Below, in pieces: positions 1 through 9,614 of a DNA stretch of 64,000 nt. The notes under the pieces were generated by a model. The model saw nothing but the letters and a program-made list of their open reading frames with translations. It was not told where the DNA came from and did no database searches. Both the position numbers and the translations under genes were made by a program. The stretch's first letter is position 1, and the number at the start of each line of letters is the position of its first letter. This DNA comes from a bacterium. Its GTDB lineage: Bacteria > UBA8248. The DNA lies in assembly GCA_965213625.1 (NCBI GenBank), contig CBDBZU010000004.1, positions 3,072,001 through 3,136,000 of the forward strand, read 5' to 3'.

Positions 1-76
1 GTGTAATGGAATAACTGAACGAGGTCGCCAAAGCGAGAAACTCAGGACTCCCCCATGATGATATCCACTCGACCAT
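1..76 (-). CDS. N-terminal fragment of a probable membrane protein (possibly DMT/EamA), runs off the window
   Basis: Reverse strand from ATG at 76 reads MVEWISSWGSPEFLALATSFSYSIT, open to the edge; hydrophobic; divergent from the 203 gene. Confidence 0.3.
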   Translation of the reverse strand, partial: MVEWISSWGSPEFLALATSFSYSIT

Positions 77-202
77 GGGCGGACTATACACCCCAAGTTC
101 CCATGAGGCGAGGAGTAGGGAACCATCTGGTCACGGCCCGGTTCAACGGATAGAATACGCCCGATAAATCAAATTTTCATTCCATGAACCAGGAGGCGTA
201 AT

Positions 203-514
203 ATGGCGGATGAGAGAGTATTCCTGATCGCGTGGCTCAAACCAAAACCCGGAAAAGAAGACGAGATGGCGGAACTTTTAGGCGGCATGTGCGCACCCTC
301 GCGCAATGAGGGCGGCTGCATCTTCTATAACCTCTTCAGGTCGACGGACGAGGCGGGCGCGTTCCATTTCATCGAGTGCTGGAAATCGCAGGCCGATCTC
401 GACGCGCACCGGGAAGAGCCGCACTACAAGAATTTCAGGGAGAAACTGCCCGACCTGCTCGCAGAGCCCGTGGGCGTGAAATTCCTGGAAGCCGTCGATT
501 CGACGATGGGGTGA
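203..514 (+). CDS. Antibiotic biosynthesis monooxygenase / putative quinol monooxygenase (ABM, YgiN-like)
   Basis: SRNEGGCIFYNL...FIECWKSQADLDAHREEPHY pattern; AGGAGG RBS upstream. Confidence 0.85.
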   Translation: MADERVFLIAWLKPKPGKEDEMAELLGGMCAPSRNEGGCIFYNLFRSTDEAGAFHFIECWKSQADLDAHREEPHYKNFREKLPDLLAEPVGVKFLEAVDSTMG

Positions 515-536
515 TATTGGGTTGAAGGGTCGTAGC

Positions 537-783
537 GTAGGGACAGGTCGCGGGGGCCTGTCCGCTACAAATGAAATGACAATCAAGACGGCTTGCCATC
601 ATTCCGGCGTAAATTGAATGAAAACGAACTTCATGAACACTCCCCTTTGATCGGGTTGTCAATACATGTGTAGGGGTCGCATATTATGCGACCCGCATTG
701 TGAAAACGAAAAGGCAGGGCCTCATGTATGTCGGACATATATGTCCGATCTACAACAGAAGCAGCAATGACGCCGGAATGACG
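537..783. repeat. REP cluster: GTAG-type palindrome (537-568), REPIN-like doublet (670-753), CATTCCGGC/GCCGGAATGAC remnants
   Basis: gtagggacaggtcgcg...cctgtccgctac; gtaggggtcgcatattatgcgaccc...tcggacatatatgtccgatctac closely matches 48130-48212. Confidence 0.85.
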
Positions 784-822
784 ATCAAAGGCGTACGCAG
801 GCGAGCACAGGGAATCGCCCGC

Positions 823-1533
823 CTACCCCGGCACCTCCATGCGCCGGTAGGATTCGGCGCACTCGAGGCCGCCCTCTTCGCCCGAGCGTTTCGCCCAGTT
901 TCTGAGATGGGGAACCAGCTCTTCAAAATCCTTGACCTGGCTCTTGTGGCACTTGAGCGCCTTGATTTTGAGGTCGAACGTATCGGTGATGTCCACCCAG
1001 GTGTCGGCGCCGCGAATCGTCTTGAAATAGACTTCCCTGGGATTGTGCGGCTCCAGACCCTCGGCCAACAGTTCGGGAAAGAAATTCGCATTCCCCACGG
1101 CGGGATAGAGCGCGTCGAAAACCGCCTTGGCGACGGCGCGGTGATCGCGGTGGTAGCCGTAGAAGCTGTCGAAAGCGTCGTTCGCCGGATCGTCGGCGAT
1201 GACGAGGTCCGGCTTGCACTCCCTCATCACATGCACGAGGTCGCGCCTGAGTTCGGTGGTGTTGCGCACTTCCCCGTCCGTATGGCGCAGGAAATGAACA
1301 TGCTCCACGCCGACGACGGCCGCCGCCGCGCGCTGTTCGCTCTCGCGAATCGCTCGTTTCTCCTCGATGGTCATGCGGCGCGATTCGGGGCCGTTCACGC
1401 CCTTGTCCCCGCTCGTGGCGAGGCAATACTCCACGCGCCTGCCCTCGCGCACCCATTTGGCGGCCGAGCCCGCCGAGCGGAACTCGATGTCGTCGGGGTG
1501 CGCGCAGATGATGAGAATTTTCTGATGTTCCAT
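823..1533 (-). CDS. PIG-L family deacetylase (MshB/BshB/LmbE-like)
   Basis: AHPDD and HRDH metal motifs, TSGDKG, KIKALKCHKSQ; start at MEHQK after AAGGA. Confidence 0.9.
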   Translation of the reverse strand: MEHQKILIICAHPDDIEFRSAGSAAKWVREGRRVEYCLATSGDKGVNGPESRRMTIEEKRAIRESEQRAAAAVVGVEHVHFLRHTDGEVRNTTELRRDLVHVMRECKPDLVIADDPANDAFDSFYGYHRDHRAVAKAVFDALYPAVGNANFFPELLAEGLEPHNPREVYFKTIRGADTWVDITDTFDLKIKALKCHKSQVKDFEELVPHLRNWAKRSGEEGGLECAESYRRMEVPG

Positions 1534-1633
1534 CGGGGTTTCCTTATGTGGGCCAAGCGGCAAGGCGACTTATAGCAGGGGGCGATGCGCATCGCAAAGG
1601 GGAAGGGGCACCCCCCCCTACCCCCCTTGTGTC

Positions 1634-1869
1634 GGGGTTGTTGAAAAAGTCTTTGTGTGAGATTTTTCGTTTGTTGTAGCGGACAGGCCCCTGCGCCTGT
1701 CTGGGGCCTCCGTGCCTGTCCTGAATGTAACCATCCTGCAAAAGGACAACCACGGAGGGCCGGACGACTCCGATAAGGGTTGTCCGGCTACACCCCCTCG
1801 CGTCGAACCCTCTCTCCCCGGTCGGCTCCATACGCCGAATCTCGAATTTGAGGCATTTTCAACAGCCCC
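1634..1869. mobile_element. Non-autonomous MITE with IS1182-like ends, enclosing a GTAG REP doublet
   Basis: Ends GGGGTTGTTGAAAA (1634) and TTTTCAACAGCCCC (1856-1869), 13/14 inverted match, resembling the IS ends at 49748/51267; interrupts a CCCCCTTG..AAGGG palindrome. Confidence 0.65.
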
Positions 1870-1920
1870 CTTGTCAAAAGGGTAATAGCGATGTCCCCCG
1901 ACAAGAGAGTGGAAGAAAAG

Positions 1921-2232
1921 CCCCCCTTGACAAGGGGGAGTACGGGGTCAAACGCGAGCGAAGAGCGAGTGTTTGCAGCCTTTCCAGTCGAGAGGGGCGT
2001 CCTCTCTACTCTCTAAAAAGGGGACTTTTTCAACAACTCCCGTAAGGACAGGTCACGACCTGTCCCTACACCTTCTGAGATAATCATTCCTCCACGAATC
2101 GAATATCCGGTGTAGGTGACAGCTCCTCCTTGGGGCTGCTCCACGCATAAATGCGACCCTTGTTTTCTATCCAACGTAGCCTCGATAGATTATGATTTGA
2201 GTCCGAACGGGCCGCATGTATGCGGCCCCTAC
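1921..2232. repeat. REP cluster
   Basis: ccccccttgacaagggggag (1921), TTTTTCAACAACTCC end (~2027), gtaaggacaggtcacgacctgtccctac (2042-2069), gggccgcatgtatgcggcccctac (to 2232). Confidence 0.8.
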
Positions 2233-2413
2233 ATTAATTTTCGACAAACAACTCAGAAGACAGATAGCTACTGCCGCCCCCCACTCCTCGGTCGGCGAAT
2301 GCTCGTTCCTCACTCGCGTTCGACCCCATGGTCGCCACCCCGAAAATCTGCTAAAAATAATGAAAAACACCTGCGCGAGATTTATTGCGAACCTGAATGA
2401 GGAGGAGACCGAG

Positions 2414-3004
2414 ATGTCGAGAATCACGCCGATGCCAGATGACGCCAAAGGCGATCACGAACCGCTCTTCGAGCAATCGAGGGAAAGATGGGGCACTGTT
2501 CCCAGTTTCTACCGCGCCCTGGCGCATTCGCCCGAAGCGCTGCGCCACATCATGAACCTGACGGTGGCCCTGAGGAGCCAGTGGCGGGCCGAGCCTTCGA
2601 GAATGCGCCTGATGCAGTTGGCGATCCTGACGCCCTCGCTCATCAACGACTGCGAGATATGAACGAACCACAACATAAAGCTTGGTCAAGCTGCCGGTCT
2701 GAATGATGAACATGTATCTTTGATAGTCGATGGATGGGAGGACAGCGACCTGTTCGATGAGCGGGAAAAGGCGGTGATCCGCTGGGCGACGGCTCTCACG
2801 CGGAACACGGCCGCCGCAGACGACGCCTGTTTCGCGCCGCTCAGGGAGTTTTTCAGCGAGAAGGACATCGTGGAACTTACCTTGTTCACCTGCCTGTTCA
2901 ACGCCTGGAACCGCCTGCAGGACGGCCTCCACAACCCCGTTGAGCCGCCCGACGACATCATCGGCTGGAAGGAATGGGAGGAAGTGGCGCAGGTGTCGGA
3001 TTAG
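2414..3004 (+). CDS. AhpD/carboxymuconolactone-decarboxylase-family protein with in-frame TGA at the second Cys of CxxC (C80-E-I-U83-T-N-H86); candidate selenoprotein, 196 aa
   Basis: ORFs 2216-2662 and 2720-3004 share one frame, with only TGA 2660-2662 between them. GGAGGA RBS before ATG 2414. Readthrough gives an intact AhpD-like protein (ALAHSPEAL...INDCEIUTNH...FDEREKAVIRWA...IVELT...FNAWNRL). Confidence 0.8.
2679..2692 (+). promoter_or_regulatory. Putative bacterial SECIS apical hairpin
   Basis: AGCTT-GGTC-AAGCT stem-loop; the loop starts with G, 21 nt after the in-frame TGA. Confidence 0.5.
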
Positions 3005-3019
3005 GTGGGGGGTGAGGCC

Positions 3020-3266
3020 GTAGGGGCGACCTTGCGTGGTCGCCCTTTATCGGATAGGCACAGGGGCCTGTCCCTACGGGTCAACCCAACTAAAGAGGGA
3101 AGAGTTTCAATGGATTTGTAGGGGCCGCATATTTGCGGCCCGCGCTGACAAGAGAGATCTATACGAGCCGAAAATCGCCTAGTCTCCACGAATTTTTGCG
3201 AAAACGGCAAGAATCAACCCACGGGTCGCATATATGTAGCGCTCCCAAGGAGGGAGCGCTACCTAC
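3020..3266. repeat. REP cluster (two GTAG doublets)
   Basis: gtaggggcgacc...ggtcgccc / ggggcctgtccctac; gtaggggccgcatatttgcggccc...ctacctac. Confidence 0.8.
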
Positions 3267-3328
3267 AAAACAACCACGACTGATGAGAGAGGCAAACGCC
3301 CTCCTCCCTATTTCAACGAGAGATAAAC

Positions 3329-4123
3329 ATGGATTTAGGCATCAAGGGAAAATCGACACTAGTGACGGGCGGCAGCCGGGGCATCGGCCGCGAGACGGCG
3401 AGGCGCTTTCTCGAAGAGGGCGCCCGCGTGTTCACCTGCGCGAGAAACGAGGTGGCCCTTGCCGAGACCTGCGCCGGGCTCGCCGCAGAAACCGGAGGTG
3501 AAATCCACTACGCCGTGGCGGATACCTCGAACGAAGCCGAACTCGCGCCCCTGGTCGAGCGCGCGCAGGAAAAACTCGGTTCCATCGACATTCTGGTGAA
3601 CAACGCGGGAACCATGAGTTCTGGCAGGTTCGAGGCGCTCGATGACGCCGCTCTTCAGAATCAACTCGACACCAAGCTGTTCGGTTTCCTGAGGCTCATC
3701 CGACTGGTGGAGCCGGGGATGCGCGCGAAGGGGTGGGGCCGCATCGTGAACATGATCGGCGGCGCCGGGAAGGAACCCGACCCCTACATGTTCGGCAGCG
3801 GCATGACGAACAGCGCGCTCCTGAACATGACGAAATCGCTATCCACCGAATTCGGCGAGGCGGGCATTCACGTGAACGCGGTATGCCCCGGCTGGGTGGA
3901 TACCGCTCTCTGGAGAATGAACGCCCAGGGCCTTGCGGCGGAACTCGAAGCCGATTCCGAAGATGAGGCCCGCCGCCGCGCGGCGCGCAAGAACGCGCTG
4001 GGCCGGTTCGGCAAGCCCGAAGAATTGGCCGACGCCATCGTCTTTCTCTGCTCGGAACGTGCGAGCTACATTACCGGCATCTCTCTCAATCTCGACGGCG
4101 GCAGGCTGAAGGCGTTGTGGTAG
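3329..4123 (+). CDS. Short-chain dehydrogenase/reductase (SDR)
   Basis: TGGSRGIG, ILVNNAG, VNAVCPGWV, DGG; catalytic YxxxK replaced by SGMTN (atypical subgroup). Confidence 0.9.
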   Translation: MDLGIKGKSTLVTGGSRGIGRETARRFLEEGARVFTCARNEVALAETCAGLAAETGGEIHYAVADTSNEAELAPLVERAQEKLGSIDILVNNAGTMSSGRFEALDDAALQNQLDTKLFGFLRLIRLVEPGMRAKGWGRIVNMIGGAGKEPDPYMFGSGMTNSALLNMTKSLSTEFGEAGIHVNAVCPGWVDTALWRMNAQGLAAELEADSEDEARRRAARKNALGRFGKPEELADAIVFLCSERASYITGISLNLDGGRLKALW

Positions 4124-4169
4124 AGGATAACCTCGCCTGATTTCTGCTGCGAATGTTTTATGGTCTGTT

Positions 4170-4507
4170 GTAAGGACAGGTCGCGACCTGTGGGACAGCC
4201 CCGAGAGGGGCTATCACTACCGAAACCGCTCGGTTTCAATGCCGGGCTTTCCCCTCGGAATGCCCGACCTTCAAGGGGTTGTTGAAAAAGTCCTCTTCGG
4301 CCTGAATTGACCACAGCCGTCATTCCGGCGAAAGCCGGAATCCATTGTCGAGCAGAATGACACTACTCCGTCTTTCCATCTCCCCGTCATTGGCGGGAAC
4401 CAATCAAAAAATAATAAACAAAGGCAAAACAAATGGATTCCGGCTTTCGCCGGAATGACGAACAAAACCGTACCGCATCGTAAGGACAGGTCGCGACCTG
4501 TCCCTAC
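4170..4507. repeat. REP cluster incl. inverted pair GTCATTCCGGCGAAAGCCGGAATCCA (4319-4344 / 4434-4459) and an IS-end-like GGGGTTGTTGAAAAAG
   Basis: Perfect 26-bp inverted pair; gtaaggacaggtcgcgacctgt copies at 4170 and 4480. Confidence 0.85.
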
Positions 4508-4634
4508 CGAACGACACCCGCATTCCTGTCGACAAACTACAATCGCTCCTCGCTCGGTTTTGGTCTTGCACAAAATACCCAAATGATTACACTAGAGCTT
4601 CCAAAAAACTTCTTTCGTTCGCGTGGGGAAATCA

Positions 4635-6503
4635 ATGCTCGGATATCAAGGAAAAATACTTCACATCGACCTCAGCAACCGCACGTCCCGCACCGAGGAA
4701 TTCGGTGAAGAGATGGGCCGCAAATACCTGGGCGGAAACGGCTTCGGAGCCAAGATTCTCTGGGACCACCTGAAGCCCCGAACCGACGCGCTATCTCCTG
4801 AAAACATCATCGTCTTCGCCGTGGGGCCGTATACGGATTCCGCCGTGCCGAGCGCGAGCCGCGCGTGCGCCGCCTCCATCAGCCCGCTCACCGGGCTCTT
4901 CTTCGACTCCACCTTCGGCGGTGCGTGGCCCATCACCTTGAAGCGCACCGGGTGCGACGCTGTCGTCCTGCACGGAAAGGCCGATTCCCTGGTCTACCTC
5001 ATGCTCACGGAAGACGGCGTTGCGTTCAAAGACGCGAGCCACCTCAAGGGTAAATGGATTCGGGAGACGTGCGACACCATTACCGATACCGAGGGCGGCA
5101 CGGACGTATTGGCCATCGGCCCCGCCGGGGAGAACCAGGTGCGCTTCGCGGCCATGGCGCACACCTGGCGCAAGAGCCGAGACGGCATCAGCGGACGCGG
5201 GGGCATGGCGGCGGTTCTGGGAAGCAAGAACGTCAAGGCCATCGCCGTGCGCGGCAAGGCGAAAACCGCCTGGGCGGACGCCAAGGCGCTCAGGACCTAC
5301 GTGAACGAGACGGCGGAGGACGTGCGCACGGGCACGGCGGCGCTCCACAAATACGGAACGCCGATTCTCGTCAACATGATCAACAAGATGGGCGCGCTCG
5401 GCACGCGGAACCTCATGAGCGAAATCTTTGAGAACTGCGAACCCATCAGCGGCGAGTACATGCACGACAATTTCCTGGACAAGCACACCACCTGCCTCAA
5501 ATGCCCGGTGGCGTGCGGCAAGAATTTCAAGATGAAAGGCGGCGATTTCGACGGCCTGGTGTGGAAGCTCCCCGAGTACGAGACCATTTTCGCGCTGGGA
5601 ACCATGCTGGGCATCGGCGACCCGGGCGTCATGCTCCAGGCGAACATGCTCTGCGATGAACTGGGGCTCGACACGATATCCGCAGGCGTCACGCTCTCGC
5701 TGGCCTTCGAGAGCATGGAGAAAGGACTATTGAGCGAGGCGGAAGTCGGCGAGCCCCTCAACTGGGGCGATTCCGCCACCATGCTGAGGCTCCTGGAGGA
5801 CATGACCCACCGCAAGGGCTTCGGCGACAGGCTGGCCGAGGGCGGCAAGCGCCTGGCCGCGGATATCGGCGGCGACGCGCCCAATCTTCTGTATGCTTCG
5901 CGCGGACTTGAACTCCCGGCGCACAGCGCGCGCGCGCTCAAGGGCATGTCCATCGGCTACGCCACCGGCACGCGAGGCGGCAGCCACCACGACACCCGCC
6001 CCACCCTGCAGTACGCCTCTGACCACGACAATACCTCGACCGAGGGCAAGTCCGAGTTCGCCGTGCGCACGCAGAACTTCACGGCGCTTGGTGATTCCAT
6101 CACCCAGTGCCGCTTCACGGCGGAGCGCGGCTACGGGGCGATGATCAATGAAAAATATGCGGAAATGCTCAACCTGGTGACCGGCTGGGATACGACGGCG
6201 GATGAGCTGGAGGAAACCGGCGAGCGCATCTGCAACCTGGAGCGCGCCCTCCACGTGCGCGAAGGGGTGAGCCGCGCGGACGACATGCTGCCGTACAAGG
6301 TGATGCACGAGCCGATTCCCGACGGGCCGCACAAGGGGATGCACTGCCCGCCTGATGAGCTCGAAGGCATGAAAAACGAGTTTTATGGCATCCGCGGCTG
6401 GGATGAGAACGGGTTCCCCACGCAGGCGACGCTTCAAAGGCTCAAAATGGATGACGTGGCCGATGCGCTGGCAAACAACGGCGGGGGCAACGGCGCGGGT
6501 TGA
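4635..6503 (+). CDS. aor: Aldehyde:ferredoxin oxidoreductase family protein (W/Mo-pterin)
   Basis: YLGGNG, ISPLTG, IGPAGEN, GRGGMAAVLGSKNVKAI, CLKCPVAC, EYET, CDELGLDTIS. Confidence 0.92.
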   Translation: MLGYQGKILHIDLSNRTSRTEEFGEEMGRKYLGGNGFGAKILWDHLKPRTDALSPENIIVFAVGPYTDSAVPSASRACAASISPLTGLFFDSTFGGAWPITLKRTGCDAVVLHGKADSLVYLMLTEDGVAFKDASHLKGKWIRETCDTITDTEGGTDVLAIGPAGENQVRFAAMAHTWRKSRDGISGRGGMAAVLGSKNVKAIAVRGKAKTAWADAKALRTYVNETAEDVRTGTAALHKYGTPILVNMINKMGALGTRNLMSEIFENCEPISGEYMHDNFLDKHTTCLKCPVACGKNFKMKGGDFDGLVWKLPEYETIFALGTMLGIGDPGVMLQANMLCDELGLDTISAGVTLSLAFESMEKGLLSEAEVGEPLNWGDSATMLRLLEDMTHRKGFGDRLAEGGKRLAADIGGDAPNLLYASRGLELPAHSARALKGMSIGYATGTRGGSHHDTRPTLQYASDHDNTSTEGKSEFAVRTQNFTALGDSITQCRFTAERGYGAMINEKYAEMLNLVTGWDTTADELEETGERICNLERALHVREGVSRADDMLPYKVMHEPIPDGPHKGMHCPPDELEGMKNEFYGIRGWDENGFPTQATLQRLKMDDVADALANNGGGNGAG

Positions 6504-6726
6504 GATAGCACGCCGGCGAAATGATGTTCATGTGGGGACAGGCACAGGGGCCTATGGGATAGCCTTGAGGAGGGGCTGTTGCTAAGAAATAGCCCTCCTT
6601 CTCCACTCGGCATACAGCTATCGCTCCTTGCTCAGTCGCGAATGCCCTCCCGGTCAGGAAAACAACCATAGGTGCGAAATTCATCCAGCCTCCCTGGCTG
6701 CTGGAAACGCCGATCCAGGCGGTGGG

Positions 6727-7005
6727 TGAGGTCGCTCTCTCCCCGGTCGTGAGCGACCTCAGTCGTCCGCATTTCCCCGCAATTGCCGCCACAGCGTTTT
6801 TGGTGAAATGCGCGAGAATCCACGCGCTGACCGGTAGTCCGGAGGAGGTCGTCATGTCCATTTCAAGGAACCACGAGAACCCCGCCCGGACTGGCCGATC
6901 CGTCCCCGCCCGAGGGGATTCGAAGATAATGAACAATTCGATAAATATCGATAAATTCACGGGGTTATTCGATAAATTCCTGAAAATTAATTGAGGGTTA
7001 TTCGA
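6727..7005 (+). repeat. Uncharacterised dispersed element (left copy) with TCGATAAAT motifs
   Basis: Hairpin 6727-6761; 6767-6821 aligns ungapped (39/55) to the reverse complement of 41832-41886; 6939-6959 is identical to the reverse complement of 41452-41472. Confidence 0.6.
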
Positions 7006-7087
7006 AGCAATATCAACCGTATACGGATTTCACAGGTCGTTTTTCAGGATATTTCGGCGCGCAAAATATTCAAGGGTTATGTAAAAT

Positions 7088-8242
7088 TCAAGCCGGGTAT
7101 TTCTCCACAAGGCGCTTCGCAATGACGATACGCTGAATGTCGTTCGTGCCCTCCCCCACCTGCAGGAGAATGGAGTCGCGGTAATAGCGCTCGACCGGCA
7201 ACTCCTTGATGTAGCCGTAGCCCCCGTGAATGTGGATGGCGGCTTCGGAGGCCCGCTGGCAGGCGTCGGAGGCGAAGAGCTTCGCCATGCCGGCCTCTAG
7301 ATCGCACCGCTCCCCCTGGTCTTTCATGCGCGCCGCGCGGTAGGTGAGCTGCCGGGCGGCTTCGAGGGAGGTGGCCATGTCCGCGAGCTTGATCTGGATG
7401 GCCTGATACTCGGCGATGGGCTTGCCCATGCTCTTTCTCTGCTGGGCGTATTTGATGGAATCCTCAAAACAGGCGGCATGAAGCCCCACCGCCCGTGCGG
7501 CCACCTGTATACGGCCCAACTCCAAGGCCGCCATAAGCTGATGGAATCCCCTGTTCTCCTCACCAATCAGGTACGAAGCCGGGACCGGGCAGTCGTCAAA
7601 TACCAGCTCTCCCGTCCGAAGCCCCTTGTAGCCCATCTTGTCCAGATGGCGGCTGGCGCTGAAACCGGGCAGATTCCTGTCCATGAGGATGCAGCTAATC
7701 CCCCGGGTGGGTTTTTCCGCCTTGGGGTTCGTACGGGCCATGATTGCGAAATGCGTGGCGTTCTCGCTGTTGGTGATGAACATTTTAGAGCCGTTGACGA
7801 TGTAATCCTGCCCTTCGCGGCGGGCGGACGTTCTCAATGCCGCGACGTCGGAGCCGCCATCCGCCTCGGTGATGCCGATGCCGAAACGCATTTTGCCTTC
7901 AGCCACATTCGGAAGCCACTCCTGTCGCTGCTCGTCGTTGCCGAATTCGTTGATCATCCATCCCACCATCGAATGTCCACCGAGCACGCCGGTCAAACTC
8001 ATCCAGCCCCGCGCCAATTCTTCGGTCAGAACTGTAAAACTCATCGCATCCATCTCGCTGCCGCCGTAGCATTCCGGCACGAGAGCGCCGAAATACCCCA
8101 ATTCCTTCATCCGATTGACCAGTGGATGCGGGTATTCGTCTTTATGCTCATACTCGCTGGCGACGGGGATGACTTCCTGGTTCACGAATTGCCGCACACT
8201 GCTTTGCAGTGCAGTCTGAAACTCGCTCAACTGAACATCCAT
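7088..8242 (-). CDS. Acyl-CoA dehydrogenase
   Basis: ITEADGGSD, NGSKMFITN, KMG, GRIQVAA, AGMAKLFA, IHGGYGY, GEGTNDIQR. Confidence 0.95.
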   Translation of the reverse strand: MDVQLSEFQTALQSSVRQFVNQEVIPVASEYEHKDEYPHPLVNRMKELGYFGALVPECYGGSEMDAMSFTVLTEELARGWMSLTGVLGGHSMVGWMINEFGNDEQRQEWLPNVAEGKMRFGIGITEADGGSDVAALRTSARREGQDYIVNGSKMFITNSENATHFAIMARTNPKAEKPTRGISCILMDRNLPGFSASRHLDKMGYKGLRTGELVFDDCPVPASYLIGEENRGFHQLMAALELGRIQVAARAVGLHAACFEDSIKYAQQRKSMGKPIAEYQAIQIKLADMATSLEAARQLTYRAARMKDQGERCDLEAGMAKLFASDACQRASEAAIHIHGGYGYIKELPVERYYRDSILLQVGEGTNDIQRIVIAKRLVEKYPA

Positions 8243-8284
8243 TTCAGAGCTCCTGGAATTACATGCGATATTAGATTTTCGTTT

Positions 8285-8626
8285 TTAACCGAACAATGAA
8301 AGCCCGCTCATCTCTTCGGGTATCAAGAGCCGCTCCACGGGTTCGCCGTTTTCCAAATGTTTTTCCACGATTTCTTCGGCATCCTCCAGCCTGACACCGC
8401 CATACCAGACATTGTCGGGCATGACACAAATTACCGCTCCGTTCTCACAAACATCCATGCAACTCGTTGCGAGTATGCGCGCCCGGCCTTTGAGGTTTTT
8501 TTCTTCCAAAAGGGATTTCATCCGCTCTCTGATTTCTGCAGAGCCGCAGTTGGCGCAACTTCCTTTGGGATGGTCCGCCTCACGTTCGTTCGTGCATACC
8601 AGAACATAGCGCTTTTTTCTGAACAT
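8285..8626 (-). CDS. Thioredoxin-like [2Fe-2S] ferredoxin
   Basis: VCTNER...SC...TSCMDVCENG..V.PDNVWY...HLENGEPVERL. Confidence 0.9.
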   Translation of the reverse strand: MFRKKRYVLVCTNEREADHPKGSCANCGSAEIRERMKSLLEEKNLKGRARILATSCMDVCENGAVICVMPDNVWYGGVRLEDAEEIVEKHLENGEPVERLLIPEEMSGLSLFG

Positions 8627-8841
8627 CTTCTCTACCCCGGAGCTTGGCGATGAAATGGGTATCCATATTTCCCATGGAGGAGTAAAGTCGCACTTGACTT
8701 TCATCTGATACCGTATGGAAGCTAGCATTTATGCAGTGTCCATTCAACGGGAATCTCCTTTTTCTTTGTTTGAATTGAAGCTGTAAAACAGCATAATATG
8801 TTGTTGCTGGGCTATACGTTCTCTTTTGCGGGGAAGGACAC

Positions 8842-9612
8842 ATGTCTCTCGAATCAACCGAAAATCGACCCAAGCGCGTATTGTTTTTCGCCACATGCCT
8901 GGTGGATCAGTTTTTCCCCGAAGTCGGCGAGGCCACAGTTCATTTGCTTGAGAGCGCGGATATCGAAGTGATTTATCCGGAAGGACTCACCTGCTGTGGA
9001 CTTCCGCACTTCAACAATGGCTTCAGGGCGGAGGCTAGAAAAACTCTCGAAACCCAATTACATCTACTGGAGGGCGACATTCCGATTATCGCTCCCTCGG
9101 GTTCATGCGGCTGGATGCTCAAATGCGTTTTGCCCACCTTGTTTGCAGACGACCCTTGGGCACGCGAAAAAGCGGCGCAAATCGCCGGAAGGGTAATCGA
9201 GTTATCCCAATTCCTCTGCAAGATAAACATGATAGATTTCGGCACTATGCTTCCCGGGAAGACCGTGTATCACGATTCGTGCCACTTGCTCCGCGGCATG
9301 GGGGAAAACCAAACGCCCCGTCAGTGCCTCGACCACGTAGCGGAAAACCGCGAAGAGTTGCCCAATTCTGATCGCTGCTGTGGGTTCGGCGGCTCGTTTT
9401 GCGTCAAATTTCCAGAAGTATCGTGCGCAATGCTTGAAGATAAGATCAAATCCGCTGAGGAAGTGGACGCGAACTGGCTCGTAGCAGCAGACGCCGGCTG
9501 CATGTTGAATATCGCGGGTGGATTATCAAGGCGAAACTCGAAAATCAAACTCCTCCACATTGCACAAGCCCTGGCTGGACCACACAATCCTGGCTGGCCC
9601 GAGGGGTATTAA
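8842..9612 (+). CDS. lutA: Lactate utilization protein A (LutA/LldE, CCG-domain Fe-S protein)
   Basis: FATCLVD, TCCG, SGSC, YHDSCH, RCCGFGGSF, DAGCMLNI. Confidence 0.9.
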   Translation: MSLESTENRPKRVLFFATCLVDQFFPEVGEATVHLLESADIEVIYPEGLTCCGLPHFNNGFRAEARKTLETQLHLLEGDIPIIAPSGSCGWMLKCVLPTLFADDPWAREKAAQIAGRVIELSQFLCKINMIDFGTMLPGKTVYHDSCHLLRGMGENQTPRQCLDHVAENREELPNSDRCCGFGGSFCVKFPEVSCAMLEDKIKSAEEVDANWLVAADAGCMLNIAGGLSRRNSKIKLLHIAQALAGPHNPGWPEGY

Positions 9613-9614
9613 CT

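Noticed and set aside
100-130. 5S rRNA-like string CCCATG..GAGTAGGGAAC
   Set aside because: No other 5S helices or conserved CCGAAC segment; lies in a divergent promoter gap.
2216-2413. Upstream extension of the AhpD-like ORF
   Set aside because: Begins within a REP; the strong RBS and family similarity start at ATG 2414.
2660-2662. Genome-wide UGA reassignment (code 4/25)
   Set aside because: TGA terminates many full-length genes here (e.g. 514, 6503, 11726, 33827), and no other gene is interrupted.
7060-7087. dif site (TTATGTAAAAT resembles the XerD arm)
   Set aside because: The would-be XerC arm CGCAAAATATT lacks the ATAA inner palindrome.
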